The notes under the pieces are model-generated. The model was not told the DNA's origin. It did not search any database and saw only the letters and a list, made by a program, of their open reading frames with translations. A stretch of 58,502 bases of DNA from Spirochaetales bacterium. GTDB taxonomy: Bacteria > Spirochaetota > Spirochaetia > JAFGDJ01. The DNA lies in contig JAFGDJ010000137.1 of assembly GCA_016932135.1 (NCBI GenBank), forward strand, positions 1 to 58,502, in the 5' to 3' direction. The translations under genes were made by a program, and so were the position numbers. The first letter of the stretch is position 1. Each line of letters opens with the position of its first letter. Positions 1 to 9,696 of this stretch are shown here, in pieces.

Positions 1-980
1 CCGTCGGCAAAGAATTTCGCCACACCCACGGTATTCAAGGGGGATGTGTACTTATCACGAGATTCTTCCAGCAGGGCGAATTCTTCTTCCAGGTCCGCCT
101 CGGGGTCCAGGGATACGGCGGATCGAACCCGCAGTTTCAGTTTTCCCTCCGACTCCAGAGCGGCCAAAGCCTCCAGGTTCTCCCGGCCCGACATATTCTG
201 AATACCGGTGTAACCCCAGCCGTGCATCCTTTCCTGAAAGAGTTCCATGGCCTCGATCTGCTGTTCCAGACTCAGTTCCTGTACCGGCATAAGACCGGCG
301 GCGGCTTCCTTCATGGCTCCCCAGGGTTCTCCGGTCGCGGGGTCCCGCTCAATCCTACCGCCCGCGGGGTCGGGGGTGTCTTTGGTTATGCCGAGATAGT
401 CCAGGCCGGCGCTGTTGATCCAGCCGATGTGTCCGTCGTAGGAAACCAGGAAGATCGGTTTGTCCGGGCTGATAGCATCCAGGCGTTCCTTCTTGGGCCC
501 TAAGGACACTTCCATACCGGTAAAAGCCCCGGTGGAAAAGCCGGAACCGAAATACATGTCCAGATCCGGGTGTTCTTCCACAAAACTTTGAATCGTTTCC
601 AGCATGGCATCCAGATCGCTCATAACATCGAAAAGACTGATGCTGAACAAATCGGCATCCGCGGTCCCCGGAGGGTGCAGATGGGTTTCAATCATCCCCG
701 GCAACACCATCATGCCCTTCAGGTCCCAAACCTCCGTCCCCGGCCCCACGTAGGCTTCCGCGTCGGCGTTACTGCCCACAAAGACAATGATGCCGTCTGT
801 TACGGCCAGCGCTTCGGCTTTGGTTCCGTTCGCGTCCATGGTGTACACATGCCCGTTCTTCAGTACCATATCCGCCGCTTTTTCCTCAGGCGTGGAAACA
901 CAGCCGGCAAGCGCCAACGCCGCCAGGATAAACCAGGGGACAGAGCACCACAGAAAGAAAGAACTTCGTTTTTTCTTCAT
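1..980 (-). CDS. amidohydrolase-family (Amidohydro_3 / YtcJ-like) lipoprotein, N-terminal part; ORF continues past the left edge
   Basis: Absent from ORF track (no stop in window). Minus-strand ATG at 980-978 with GGAGG 8 nt upstream. My translation is MKKKRSSFFLWCSVPWFILAALALAGC (lipobox) ...MVLKNGHVYTMD...VLPGMIETHLHPP (HxH metal motif) and stays open to position 1. The + strand ORFs listed here are Pro/Arg-rich antisense artefacts. Confidence 0.75.
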   Translation of the reverse strand, partial: MKKKRSSFFLWCSVPWFILAALALAGCVSTPEEKAADMVLKNGHVYTMDANGTKAEALAVTDGIIVFVGSNADAEAYVGPGTEVWDLKGMMVLPGMIETHLHPPGTADADLFSISLFDVMSDLDAMLETIQSFVEEHPDLDMYFGSGFSTGAFTGMEVSLGPKKERLDAISPDKPIFLVSYDGHIGWINSAGLDYLGITKDTPDPAGGRIERDPATGEPWGAMKEAAAGLMPVQELSLEQQIEAMELFQERMHGWGYTGIQNMSGRENLEALAALESEGKLKLRVRSAVSLDPEADLEEEFALLEESRDKYTSPLNTVGVAKFFAD

Positions 981-1180
981 CCAGGGAACCTCCTATATTC
1001 CTTTTTCTAGTACCATTATACCAGTTTCCGGAAAAACGACCTCTGTCATTTGCCTGTTATCTGCATAACGAAGACTTGTAATCTTTTTGAACCTGGGTGG
1101 TTTTATCTAGAAGAATGATGTAAAGACCAACCGTTCGCTCAGAAAAACAATACCCTTATTACATTGAAGGAGTTTTCACC

Positions 1181-3643
1181 ATGAATAAAAAATGCCTGTT
1201 CAAAGGTCTCTTGGCAGCCCTGGGTGCGTTCCTGTTTCTCTCCTGTGTCGGTTTTAAGGGTGACATTCCCCTGCAGACGCAGCAGGAAGAAGAAACCTAT
1301 ATCTCCCCCGCTAATCAAGACGGTAAAAAGGATACCTTAAATATTCCTCTGGATATACCGGAGATAAAGGGGTTGCGGGTTACCGGCTACCGTTTTACCG
1401 TCACAGCCCCCCAGGGAACGATTGTATATCTGTATGAGGAATCTCTGGAAGAAACGAAGGGATTAAAAGGTCTCTTTAAGAAAGCTTCCGTGGATATCCC
1501 CGATTCCCTCATCTGGGACGGCAGGGATTCGCAAAGTAATTTTGTTCCCGACGGTGGATATACCTGGACGGTGGAAGCCTGGGATGCCAAGGGAAACCGG
1601 GGTTCCACCGATCCCGCGCGGGTAACGGTGGATAATACCCCGCCCGTCGGAGCAATTTCTCTTCCGTATACTTTCTTTTCCCCTAACAACGACGATCGAC
1701 AGGATACCCTGCCGGTTTCACATGAACAGTGCAGTATTGAAGATCGCTGGACCTCCAGGATCGTCGACGCCCAGGGCACAGCCTTACGAACCTTCTGGTG
1801 GAAGGGCATTCCGGGGAACTTCCAGTGGGACGGTACCGATAAGGCGGGAGGAGCCCTGCCCGACGGTACCTACGGCTACATCCTTTCTTCCGTCGACAGG
1901 GCGGAAAACTCTTTTGAAACGGCGGTACAGAACATCATCATCGACACATCTCCCGTCACTATCGACCTTACCGTGAATCCTTCGACCTTTTCCCCCAACG
2001 GTGACGGTATTCTGGATACAGTAACCTTCTCGCCGACAGTTCTTCTCCAGGGGACCAAGGAAGTCGCTGAGAGTACCATTACGATAGTAAACTCAACCGG
2101 AATTGCCGTCTTCGCCCGTGCACAGAAAGACGGTATTCTTGGCCCCCTGGAGTTTCAGGGAAAGACCGTCGACGGAAAACGACTCCCCGACGGGGACTAC
2201 TACGGCATTTTTTCGATACTCTATCGAAACGGGGATAACCCCCGTATATCATCAAAAGCCGTAACCCTGGATACCACTCCTCCTTATATCGTCTTCAGCG
2301 CCGATTATCTTCTTTTTTCCCCCGACGGTGACGGCCGGAAAGACACCCTGACCTTGTTCCAGAGCTCCTCGGTGGAAAAAGAATGGAAAGGGGAAATTCT
2401 CGATGCCCGGGGTACTCGTGTTGCCGGAAGGGTATGGGAAGGAAAGACTCCTTCGGTGGAATGGGACGGTATGACGGATAACGGCACTCTAGCCCCCGAC
2501 GGCGGGTATTCCTACCGCCTTACCTGCACCGACGAAGCGGGGAACAGCACCGTCAAGACCCTGCCGGGTATCAGGATCGATACAAGGCCGACACCGGTTA
2601 CTCTCCTGCCTTCCACCCAGGCCTTTTCACCCAACGGCGACGGCACGGCGGATGATATACTCTTTCACCTGGAGCCGCTGATTACGGAAGAGGTTCTTGC
2701 CTGGTCGCTTTCTATTCAAAACAGCACCGATATCGAGGTTCGCCGGTTTATCGGCGACGGAAAATTCATTCCCGACGTGATCCCCTGGGACGGGAGGGAT
2801 GAGACCGGGCTATTGACCGAAGGATTTTACACAGCCCGCCTGGAACTGGAATACGAAAAAGGAAACCTGGCGGTCGATATGACCAAGCAACCCATTCTCC
2901 TGGACGTTTCCGCCCCGGAAATTCTTGTCAACCTGGGCCCCCTGCCCTTCTCTCCCGACGGTGACGGGTATAACGATGTCCTGAGATTCGATGTTACTCT
3001 CCAAGACGAGAGCCCCTTACGGTCCTGGAACGCGGAGATTCTGGACCCCTACGCCCGCGGATTCCATTCCTTCAACGGTTCCGGTATCCCGGCGACACCT
3101 TTCTTCTGGAACGGCCGTTCAGCTTCCGGAGAACTGGTTCAATCCGCCGAGGATTATACCCTCCGCTTCACCGCGGTCGACCGTCTGGGAAACATCGGAA
3201 CTCTCGAGAAGAAAATTCCTGTGGATATTCTGGTTCTTAAAGACGGTGATAAACTGCGGATCGTCATATCCAGCATCTATTTCAAGCCCAATACGGCGGA
3301 TTACCTGGACATAGAACCTGATAAAGCCGCAAAAAACATCCAGACCTTGGACCGGCTGGCGGAAATACTGAAAAAGTACGGAAGCTATAACATCAGTCTG
3401 GAAGGCCATGCCGTCCGGGTATACTGGAACAGACCTGACCGCTGGTTGGCTGAAGAAAATGAAACGCTGCTGCCGTTATCCAAGGAACGGGCGGAGGTAA
3501 TCAGGGATGCCCTGATCCGGCGGGGGATTGTCCCAGCCAGAATGACCACCTTCGGGTACGGCGGATACCAACCGGTGGTTCCCCATGGTGATCTGGATAA
3601 CCGATGGAAAAATCGACGGGTTGAGTTTATTCTCTCCCGGTAA
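1181..3643 (+). CDS. OmpA-family lipoprotein with six tandem FlgD-Ig-like repeats
   Basis: 820-aa ORF with GAAGGAG 8 nt upstream and signal peptide plus lipobox (FLFLSC). Six ~95-aa modules each begin (F/I)SP(N/D/A)(G/N/Q)D(G/D)xxD and carry (W/F)(D/N/Q)Gx..PDGxY. C-terminal OmpA-like domain (LEGHA...FGYGGYQPV...NRRVEFIL). Confidence 0.85.
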   Translation: MNKKCLFKGLLAALGAFLFLSCVGFKGDIPLQTQQEEETYISPANQDGKKDTLNIPLDIPEIKGLRVTGYRFTVTAPQGTIVYLYEESLEETKGLKGLFKKASVDIPDSLIWDGRDSQSNFVPDGGYTWTVEAWDAKGNRGSTDPARVTVDNTPPVGAISLPYTFFSPNNDDRQDTLPVSHEQCSIEDRWTSRIVDAQGTALRTFWWKGIPGNFQWDGTDKAGGALPDGTYGYILSSVDRAENSFETAVQNIIIDTSPVTIDLTVNPSTFSPNGDGILDTVTFSPTVLLQGTKEVAESTITIVNSTGIAVFARAQKDGILGPLEFQGKTVDGKRLPDGDYYGIFSILYRNGDNPRISSKAVTLDTTPPYIVFSADYLLFSPDGDGRKDTLTLFQSSSVEKEWKGEILDARGTRVAGRVWEGKTPSVEWDGMTDNGTLAPDGGYSYRLTCTDEAGNSTVKTLPGIRIDTRPTPVTLLPSTQAFSPNGDGTADDILFHLEPLITEEVLAWSLSIQNSTDIEVRRFIGDGKFIPDVIPWDGRDETGLLTEGFYTARLELEYEKGNLAVDMTKQPILLDVSAPEILVNLGPLPFSPDGDGYNDVLRFDVTLQDESPLRSWNAEILDPYARGFHSFNGSGIPATPFFWNGRSASGELVQSAEDYTLRFTAVDRLGNIGTLEKKIPVDILVLKDGDKLRIVISSIYFKPNTADYLDIEPDKAAKNIQTLDRLAEILKKYGSYNISLEGHAVRVYWNRPDRWLAEENETLLPLSKERAEVIRDALIRRGIVPARMTTFGYGGYQPVVPHGDLDNRWKNRRVEFILSR

Positions 3644-3653
3644 AATACCTTCA

Positions 3654-3698
3654 CCTTTCCTCCCCTTTCATGGTATCTTCTTATGGCGGGAGGAAAGG
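3654..3698 (+). promoter_or_regulatory. 11-bp perfect hairpin pairing an anti-SD-like CCUUUCCUCCC with the panE ribosome-binding site
   Basis: cctttcctccc (3654-3664) is the exact reverse complement of gggaggaaagg (3688-3698), with a 23-nt loop. The right arm is the GGAGGAAAGG SD, 4 nt before ATG 3703. No U-tract follows, so it is not a canonical terminator. Confidence 0.4.
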
Positions 3699-3702
3699 AC
3701 TG

Positions 3703-4623
3703 ATGATTCGACACATTCTTGTTTTCGGTATCGGCGGGGTGGGTGGATACTTCGGCGGTATGCTGGCTAAAAACACCGCGGACCGAAGGATAAGCTTTAT
3801 CGCCCGGGGGGCGCATCTGGAGGCTATCAGAGAGAAGGGTCTTCTCCTGGACACGGATAATGAAAAAGGCCTGGTCTGCCGCCCCCACGGGGTTTATGCA
3901 CACCCGGAAGAGGCTCCGATCCCCGATCTCTGCATTGTTACCGTCAAGGGCTACGATCTGGACGAAGCGGGAGCCCTGCTGAATCGTTACGTAAAGGACC
4001 ATACGGTGGTTCTTCCCCTGTTAAACGGTGTGGATATCCGGGAACGCCTGCGAAAACATATCACCGGCGGTCTTATTCTGCCGTCTTGTGTTTATGTCAG
4101 CGGAAACATTACCGCTCCCGGCCGGGTTGTCCAGCGGGGACCCGCCGGATCGATCATCGCCGGTAAAGACCCCGATCATCCAAACCGGGGGATCGAAGAG
4201 GTGGAAGCGGTTTTTTCAGAAGCGGGAATCCCCTTCACGGTGCAGGACGATCCCTCCCCGGCCATCTGGCAGAAATTTCTCTTTATCGCCGCCTACGGTC
4301 TTGTCTCCGCCCGAAGCCGGAAGAACTTCGGGGAACTTCTTGCAGACCCGGCCTTGACCGGAATGATTGGGGATATCATCACCGAAGCCGCCTCCGTAGC
4401 CCGGGCTGCCGGGGTCGCTTTGTCACCGGAGGCTGAGCAGACTGCCATGGATACCGGCAGGAAGTTCCCCCCGGAAACCAGGACCTCTTTTCAGCGGGAC
4501 GTGGAAGCGGGGAAAGCGAAGAATGAAGGGGATCTCTTCGGTGGAACTCTCATCCGTCTGGGAAAAAGCCTCGGAGTACCCACGCCGGTGACGGAGCGGG
4601 TATTTTCTGAAATTCGGGCCTAG
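3703..4623 (+). CDS. panE: 2-dehydropantoate 2-reductase (ketopantoate reductase, ApbA/PanE family)
   Basis: MIRHILVFGIGGVGGYFGG Rossmann GxGxxG sits at the N-terminus, and the C-terminal ApbA_C-like region reads FQRDVEAGKAKNEGDLFGG..LGVPTPV. I prefer ATG 3703 (strong SD) over the track start 3670. Confidence 0.75.
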   Translation: MIRHILVFGIGGVGGYFGGMLAKNTADRRISFIARGAHLEAIREKGLLLDTDNEKGLVCRPHGVYAHPEEAPIPDLCIVTVKGYDLDEAGALLNRYVKDHTVVLPLLNGVDIRERLRKHITGGLILPSCVYVSGNITAPGRVVQRGPAGSIIAGKDPDHPNRGIEEVEAVFSEAGIPFTVQDDPSPAIWQKFLFIAAYGLVSARSRKNFGELLADPALTGMIGDIITEAASVARAAGVALSPEAEQTAMDTGRKFPPETRTSFQRDVEAGKAKNEGDLFGGTLIRLGKSLGVPTPVTERVFSEIRA

Positions 4624-4625
4624 AC

Positions 4626-5714
4626 ATGGACGTTCACATGACTGATGAAGCCGGCAAACATGAGCGCCTGAAAAAAGGATTCTTTTTTCTTCTTCTGGCG
4701 GTCATCACCGCCCTGGTGATTACGGTTGCCCGGCCTTTTCTGATGCCCCTCCTTCTGGCAGCCATTTCCGCCGGCCTGGCTTATCCCATAAAGCAGCGGT
4801 TGTTTCGGAAGAAAGAACCCCACCGGAACATTCCGGCTCTCCTCACCCTCATCATCTTCTGTTTAATTATTATCTTTCCTACAGCCTTGCTGGGATATTT
4901 TGTCACGGACAGCCTGATAAGCCTGGCCACGGACATCAGCAAGAATGCCATTGATCTGAAAGAAATTTTTACGGAACTGGAAGAAGCCTTCAAGGCCCTT
5001 CCGTTCTTACAGAACCCCCGGATCAGCCAGGTCCTGAGCTTCGATCGCTTCGCCGACCTGATCCAGCAGACGGGCAGCTCCCTTTTGGAGAATCTGGCAG
5101 ATTTTGCCGGCAGCACCGCCCGGTCCTTCCTGATGATCTTCATCTATCTGTACTGTCTGTACTTTTTCATCCGGGACGGAGAAAGCATCATGGCCGGTCT
5201 CGGCCGGTCCGTCCCCCTGGCCGAAGGGGATAAAACGGCGATCATCGAAAAGTTTCTCTCGGTAACCCGGGCGACACTGAAAAGCACCCTGGTCATCGGC
5301 CTCATCCAGGGAACCATCGGCGGCTTTCTGTTCTTCGTTCTGGGCATCAAGGCCCCCGTCCTCTGGGGTACGGCCTTTCTTATCCTGGCGGCCATTCCCG
5401 GTATGGGGCCGGTGCTGATCTGGCTGCCCGCCACCGCCATCCTTCTTATCCTGGGAACCTGGGGAAAAGCCCTGGTTATGCTTCTGGTGGGAGCGGCGGT
5501 GATTCCCCTGGCCGATTACATCCTCCGACCGAGGATTGTCGGACAGGATACCCAGCTGCATCCAGTTCTGGTATTCATCGGGGTTTTCGGCGGTGTGGTG
5601 GTTTTCGGCATCTGGGGTCTTCTCTTCGGACCCCTGGTGATGAGCCTGGCGGTGACCGTTCTGGGTATCTTCACCCGCCTCTTCCGGGGAGAACTGGATA
5701 AGATCCAGGGCTGA
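4626..5714 (+). CDS. AI-2E family transporter (PerM/UPF0118-like permease)
   Basis: 362-aa multi-pass membrane ORF with a family-typical C-terminal half (GLIQGTIGGFLFFVLGI..PVLWG..AIPGMGPVLIWLPA). Starts 2 nt after the panE stop. Confidence 0.75.
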   Translation: MDVHMTDEAGKHERLKKGFFFLLLAVITALVITVARPFLMPLLLAAISAGLAYPIKQRLFRKKEPHRNIPALLTLIIFCLIIIFPTALLGYFVTDSLISLATDISKNAIDLKEIFTELEEAFKALPFLQNPRISQVLSFDRFADLIQQTGSSLLENLADFAGSTARSFLMIFIYLYCLYFFIRDGESIMAGLGRSVPLAEGDKTAIIEKFLSVTRATLKSTLVIGLIQGTIGGFLFFVLGIKAPVLWGTAFLILAAIPGMGPVLIWLPATAILLILGTWGKALVMLLVGAAVIPLADYILRPRIVGQDTQLHPVLVFIGVFGGVVVFGIWGLLFGPLVMSLAVTVLGIFTRLFRGELDKIQG

Positions 5715-5773
5715 TAACCGAAGCCCTTTTGTATTTCTCCGAGGATGTCCGAAGAATCAGAGCGCGGGATTCA

Positions 5774-6430
5774 TTAACGCAAAGGCCACAGCACTTCCAG
5801 ATCCAGATCCCACCACAGGCCCAGGGGCTGATTGGTTCCCCATCTCCACTCCCCGGCGTCGTACACCACCGGATACCCGGCGCCAAACCACAAGCGGTAG
5901 GACACCCCCCGGGGTGAACGATACCCCCAGTAGAAGCTGCCCCCCGGAGCGAGAAGAACACTGAAGAACCTTTCACCGGTTACTTCATGGGGGTACCAGA
6001 TCATACCGGAGACCGGAAGTCCCAGGCCAAGGCCGTACTGAAAGGGCTTTAAGGGTCTGCTGAAGTGGATCACCGCCAGGGCTTCCTGACTGAGGATGAC
6101 GGTACGGTCGGCGATGAAAAAGGGCAGCAGAAGAACACTCGGTCCCACCCCCGCCTTGAGACCCAGGGAACCGGGGAAACGATGTTCCAGGGAACACCGT
6201 AAGCCCAGGTCCCAGGACAGACTCGCCCCGAGGAAAGTCTCCCCTGTATCGGCAGGCAGCGGAGGTACGTAAAAACAAGAAAAAAGCAAAAGCATCAAGA
6301 CAAGGGAAGCTCTGAAACCCGGTTTTTTACAACAGGCTGCCGAATAATGGTCAGACCTGCAGCGAAAGAAAGCAACAGCCCTCGGGTGTTTAAAAGAACT
6401 AAGACAAGGAATCCTTTTCTTTCCGTTCAT
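5774..6430 (-). CDS. hypothetical exported protein, possible small beta-rich outer-membrane/lipoprotein
   Basis: ORF downstream of typA on the same strand. Hydrophobic leader LVLMLLLFSCF, then Gly/aromatic-rich alternating segments. Start uncertain (ATG 6430 or 6295); no recognisable family. Confidence 0.4.
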   Translation of the reverse strand: MNGKKRIPCLSSFKHPRAVAFFRCRSDHYSAACCKKPGFRASLVLMLLLFSCFYVPPLPADTGETFLGASLSWDLGLRCSLEHRFPGSLGLKAGVGPSVLLLPFFIADRTVILSQEALAVIHFSRPLKPFQYGLGLGLPVSGMIWYPHEVTGERFFSVLLAPGGSFYWGYRSPRGVSYRLWFGAGYPVVYDAGEWRWGTNQPLGLWWDLDLEVLWPLR

Positions 6431-6458
6431 AGAAGGGATTATATCACAGCCTAGGCAA

Positions 6459-8288
6459 TCAGGCAAATTGCCGTTCCTTTAACTTCCGAGCTTGAGAGGA
6501 GAGAATTGCCTTTCTCAGCCTGATGGAGCGGGGAGTTATTTCCACCAGTTCGTCCTCTCCGAGGAACTGCACCGCCCTCTCTAAGGTCATGGGAGTTACC
6601 GGAGTCAGGGTGACGGCGTCATCTTTTCCCGCCGCCCTCATATTGGATAGTTTCTTTGTTCTGCAGGGGTTGACGTACAGATCTCCCTCACGGTTACGTT
6701 CCCCGATAATCATTCCCTCGAAAACCTTCTCCTGGGGGGTAATAAACAGCAAGCCCCGGGCTTCCAGATTGAAGAGCCCGTAAGCCACGGCGATGCCTTC
6801 CCGGTCGGAGACCAGGGACCCGGTAAAACGCCCCGGGAAATCACCCCGGTATTCCTCGTACCCGGAAAACAGGGTATTCATAATACCCGTGCCCCGGGTA
6901 TCGGTGAGAAACTCGTCCCGGTAACCGATCAGGGCCCGGGAGGGCGCATTGAAATGGAGTCTGACCCTTCCGGCCTCGAGAAACTTCATATCGGAAAGAC
7001 GTCCCTTACGCCGGGAAATCTTCTCCGTAACGATTCCGGTGTACCCTTCGGCGCAGTCGACAAACAGGTTTTCTATGGGTTCGAGTTTCTTACCGTTTTC
7101 GTGTCTTAAAATAACCTCCGGTCTGCCGACACAGAACTCAAAGCCTTCCCGGCGCAGGGTCTCGATGAGAATAATCATCTGAAATTCACCCCGTCCTTGA
7201 ACGATAAAACCGTCACCGTCTTCAGCTTCCATTACCCGGATGGACACATTTCTCAAGGTTTCTTTCTGAAGACGTTCACCGATCCTGCTGAGCTGCACAT
7301 ACTTGCCTTCTTTTCCCGCGAAAGGCGAACTGCTTCGGGAAAATTTCATGGCCACCGTGGGTTCATCGACCCGTATTCTCGGAAGGGCCTGGGGATGCGC
7401 GGTAGTGCAGATGGTATCTCCTATATGAACATCGTCTATGCCGGCAAGGATGAGGATGTCACCGGCTTCCGCATGGGTGGTATCCACAACCGAAAGCCCC
7501 CCGTAGCTTCGAAGCTTGGAAACCTTAAGCGGGGTAATGGTACCGGACTCACCGATACACCCCAGGGAGTCATTGGCTTTCACCGTACCGCTGTAAATCT
7601 TGCCCACCGCCAGGCGTCCCAGATAATCCGAGTATCCCAGGTCGGAAACCAGCATGCGGAAGGGGCTTTTTACATCCACCTCTGGAGCGGGGATCTTTTC
7701 GAGAATCGTGTCGAAGAGGATCTCGAGATTTTTTCCAGGTTTATCGTGGGAGAAGGAGGCCGTCCCTGCCCTTCCGGCCGCGTACAGCAGGGGAAAATCA
7801 TGGACTTCATCCCCCACACCGAGGTCGATAAGGAGATCGAACACTTCATCGGCCGTTTCCAGAGGCCGGGCATCGGAACGGTCGATCTTGTTGATAACAA
7901 CTATCAGGGGCAGCCCTGCGGCCAAGGCTTTGGACAGGACAAACCTTGTCTGGGGCAGGGGTCCTTCCGCGGCATCCACCAGAAGGAGCGCTCCGTCCGC
8001 CATGGATAGAGCCCGCTCCACCTCTCCGCCGAAGTCGGCGTGACCCGGAGTGTCGATAATGTTTATCTTTACCCCTTTCCACTGGACCGAACAGTTTTTT
8101 GCCGCTATGGTGATTCCCCGCTCCCGTTCCAGGTCCATGCTGTCCATGATCCGCTCGTTCACTACCTGGCCATCCCTGAACACTCCGCTCTGCCGGAACA
8201 TGGCGTCCACGAGGGTTGTCTTTCCATGGTCGACATGGGCAATGATCGCTATATTTCGTATACTTCCGCCGTTATGAGTATGCTTCAT
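6459..8288 (-). CDS. typA: translational GTPase TypA/BipA
   Basis: IRNIAIIAHVDHGKTTLVD (G1), DTPGHADFGGEV (G3), NKIDR (G4), then EF-G-like domains and the BipA C-terminal domain. I prefer the ATG at 8288 (MKHTHNGGSIRN...) to the upstream start at 8363. Confidence 0.92.
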   Translation of the reverse strand: MKHTHNGGSIRNIAIIAHVDHGKTTLVDAMFRQSGVFRDGQVVNERIMDSMDLERERGITIAAKNCSVQWKGVKINIIDTPGHADFGGEVERALSMADGALLLVDAAEGPLPQTRFVLSKALAAGLPLIVVINKIDRSDARPLETADEVFDLLIDLGVGDEVHDFPLLYAAGRAGTASFSHDKPGKNLEILFDTILEKIPAPEVDVKSPFRMLVSDLGYSDYLGRLAVGKIYSGTVKANDSLGCIGESGTITPLKVSKLRSYGGLSVVDTTHAEAGDILILAGIDDVHIGDTICTTAHPQALPRIRVDEPTVAMKFSRSSSPFAGKEGKYVQLSRIGERLQKETLRNVSIRVMEAEDGDGFIVQGRGEFQMIILIETLRREGFEFCVGRPEVILRHENGKKLEPIENLFVDCAEGYTGIVTEKISRRKGRLSDMKFLEAGRVRLHFNAPSRALIGYRDEFLTDTRGTGIMNTLFSGYEEYRGDFPGRFTGSLVSDREGIAVAYGLFNLEARGLLFITPQEKVFEGMIIGERNREGDLYVNPCRTKKLSNMRAAGKDDAVTLTPVTPMTLERAVQFLGEDELVEITPRSIRLRKAILSSQARKLKERQFA

Positions 8289-8521
8289 AGTTATTTCCCG
8301 ATTACTACTAAAAGATGGAATGCCGGCCCCATAAACAGGACCGGTCTTACTATAGCCGGTCAAAGGACTTTATACAAGCCGGTTGCCCGGTCCTGGGTCT
8401 TTTTCAATGAACTCTTTCCACTCCCCGGCTCCCCTAGCACCTTTAACTCATGGAGAAAAGCATATATTGTATCTAGGTTATACGACATTACTTTGCAGAC
8501 TGAATTATATGAGGATATAGT

Positions 8522-9691
8522 ATGAAAAAGAGAACTCCCATCTTTCCCTTAATCCTGTTCATCGGTGTCTTGGCTTCTTCCTGTGCTGGAACACCCGGAG
8601 CGACTTCCTCCGGTTCCTTCCGATCCCCGGAAGAAATGCTTGGAGAATACACATCTCCTTCCGGCGGGACTTTTCCCGGAATCGCCGTTTCCGTTATTCG
8701 CGGAGGAGAGACCGTTTACCGGGAAGTCGCGGGTGTCCGCAGCAGGGATTCCCTTGAGCCGATAAGCGAATCCGACCCCTTTCATATCGGATCAAACACC
8801 AAAGCCATGACCGCCCTGCTCTGCGGCATCATGGTGGACCGGAACCTGTTGTCCTGGCAAACTCCCTTAAGGGAAGTCCTGGGTGACGGCTTCCCCATGA
8901 GGGAGGAATACCGGGACGTAACGGTAGAACAGCTTTTATCCCATACTTCGGGGATTCCGTCGGTGCTACCCCAGAACCCCTGGCTATCCTTTTTCCCTTA
9001 CGATTCGCCCGCTGGAACACAACGGGAACGCATGGCCCGGGAAGCCTTACAGCTTCCTCCCGCTCACGTTGCCGGCTCTGAGTATCTCTATTCAAATCTT
9101 GGTTATGTGGTGGCCGGCTTCCTCTTGGAAGAACTCACCGAAAAAAGCTGGGAAACCCTGATAAAAGAAGAACTTTTTACTCCCCTGGAAATGGAGAACG
9201 CCGGGTTCGGTCCGCCCGCCAAGGGCGACGCTGAAGGGGACCCGCCATCCGCCCCCTGGGGTCATAATCCGGCTCCCGTGAACCCCGGCTTCATGTACGC
9301 TGACAACCCCCTAGCTATGGGTCCCGCCGGGACCGTGCATGCGAACCTTCAGGACCTGGAGAACTATCTATCTTTGTATTTCCATCAAGGACTTTCACCT
9401 CAAGGCGAACAAATAATCAGCCGGAAGAGTCTCCTTGAGCTGATGAAGCCCAGGCTGGAGAGTTATTCCCTGGGATGGTTGACAGGAGTCAGCGACCAGG
9501 GGAAACCCTTTTTAGTCCATGACGGATCCAACACCATGTTCTACTGCAGCTTTCTTGTGTTCCCGGAATCCAAGGATGGTATTATCATCCTGACAAACCG
9601 CGGGGACGGGAAATCAAGCCTTAGGGTAACGGAACTGCTGCTCTACTTCGCCGAAAGCTTTTTGGACGCTACAATTACCGGGGAGGAATAA
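8522..9691 (+). CDS. serine hydrolase, beta-lactamase/PBP-like family (PF00144-type) lipoprotein
   Basis: Signal peptide plus lipobox (LASSC), SxxK motif (GSNTKAMTA) and YxN motif (YSNLGY). Confidence 0.8.
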   Translation: MKKRTPIFPLILFIGVLASSCAGTPGATSSGSFRSPEEMLGEYTSPSGGTFPGIAVSVIRGGETVYREVAGVRSRDSLEPISESDPFHIGSNTKAMTALLCGIMVDRNLLSWQTPLREVLGDGFPMREEYRDVTVEQLLSHTSGIPSVLPQNPWLSFFPYDSPAGTQRERMAREALQLPPAHVAGSEYLYSNLGYVVAGFLLEELTEKSWETLIKEELFTPLEMENAGFGPPAKGDAEGDPPSAPWGHNPAPVNPGFMYADNPLAMGPAGTVHANLQDLENYLSLYFHQGLSPQGEQIISRKSLLELMKPRLESYSLGWLTGVSDQGKPFLVHDGSNTMFYCSFLVFPESKDGIIILTNRGDGKSSLRVTELLLYFAESFLDATITGEE

Positions 9692-9696
9692 ACAGT

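Noticed and set aside
44-1068. Plus-strand ORFs 44-292, 222-503, 570-1010, 787-1068
   Set aside because: Their composition is Pro/Arg/Gly-rich and low in complexity, and they have no RBS. They lie antisense to an uninterrupted, well-motifed amidohydrolase ORF on the minus strand.
3670-3702. Upstream ATG 3670 as panE start
   Set aside because: It has no SD and would add 11 residues before the Rossmann GxGxxG. ATG 3703 has GGAGGAAAGG 4 nt upstream. This is not fully excluded.
7197-8009. 270-aa plus-strand ORF (and 7654-8043)
   Set aside because: It is antisense to typA, whose GTPase motifs are unambiguous.
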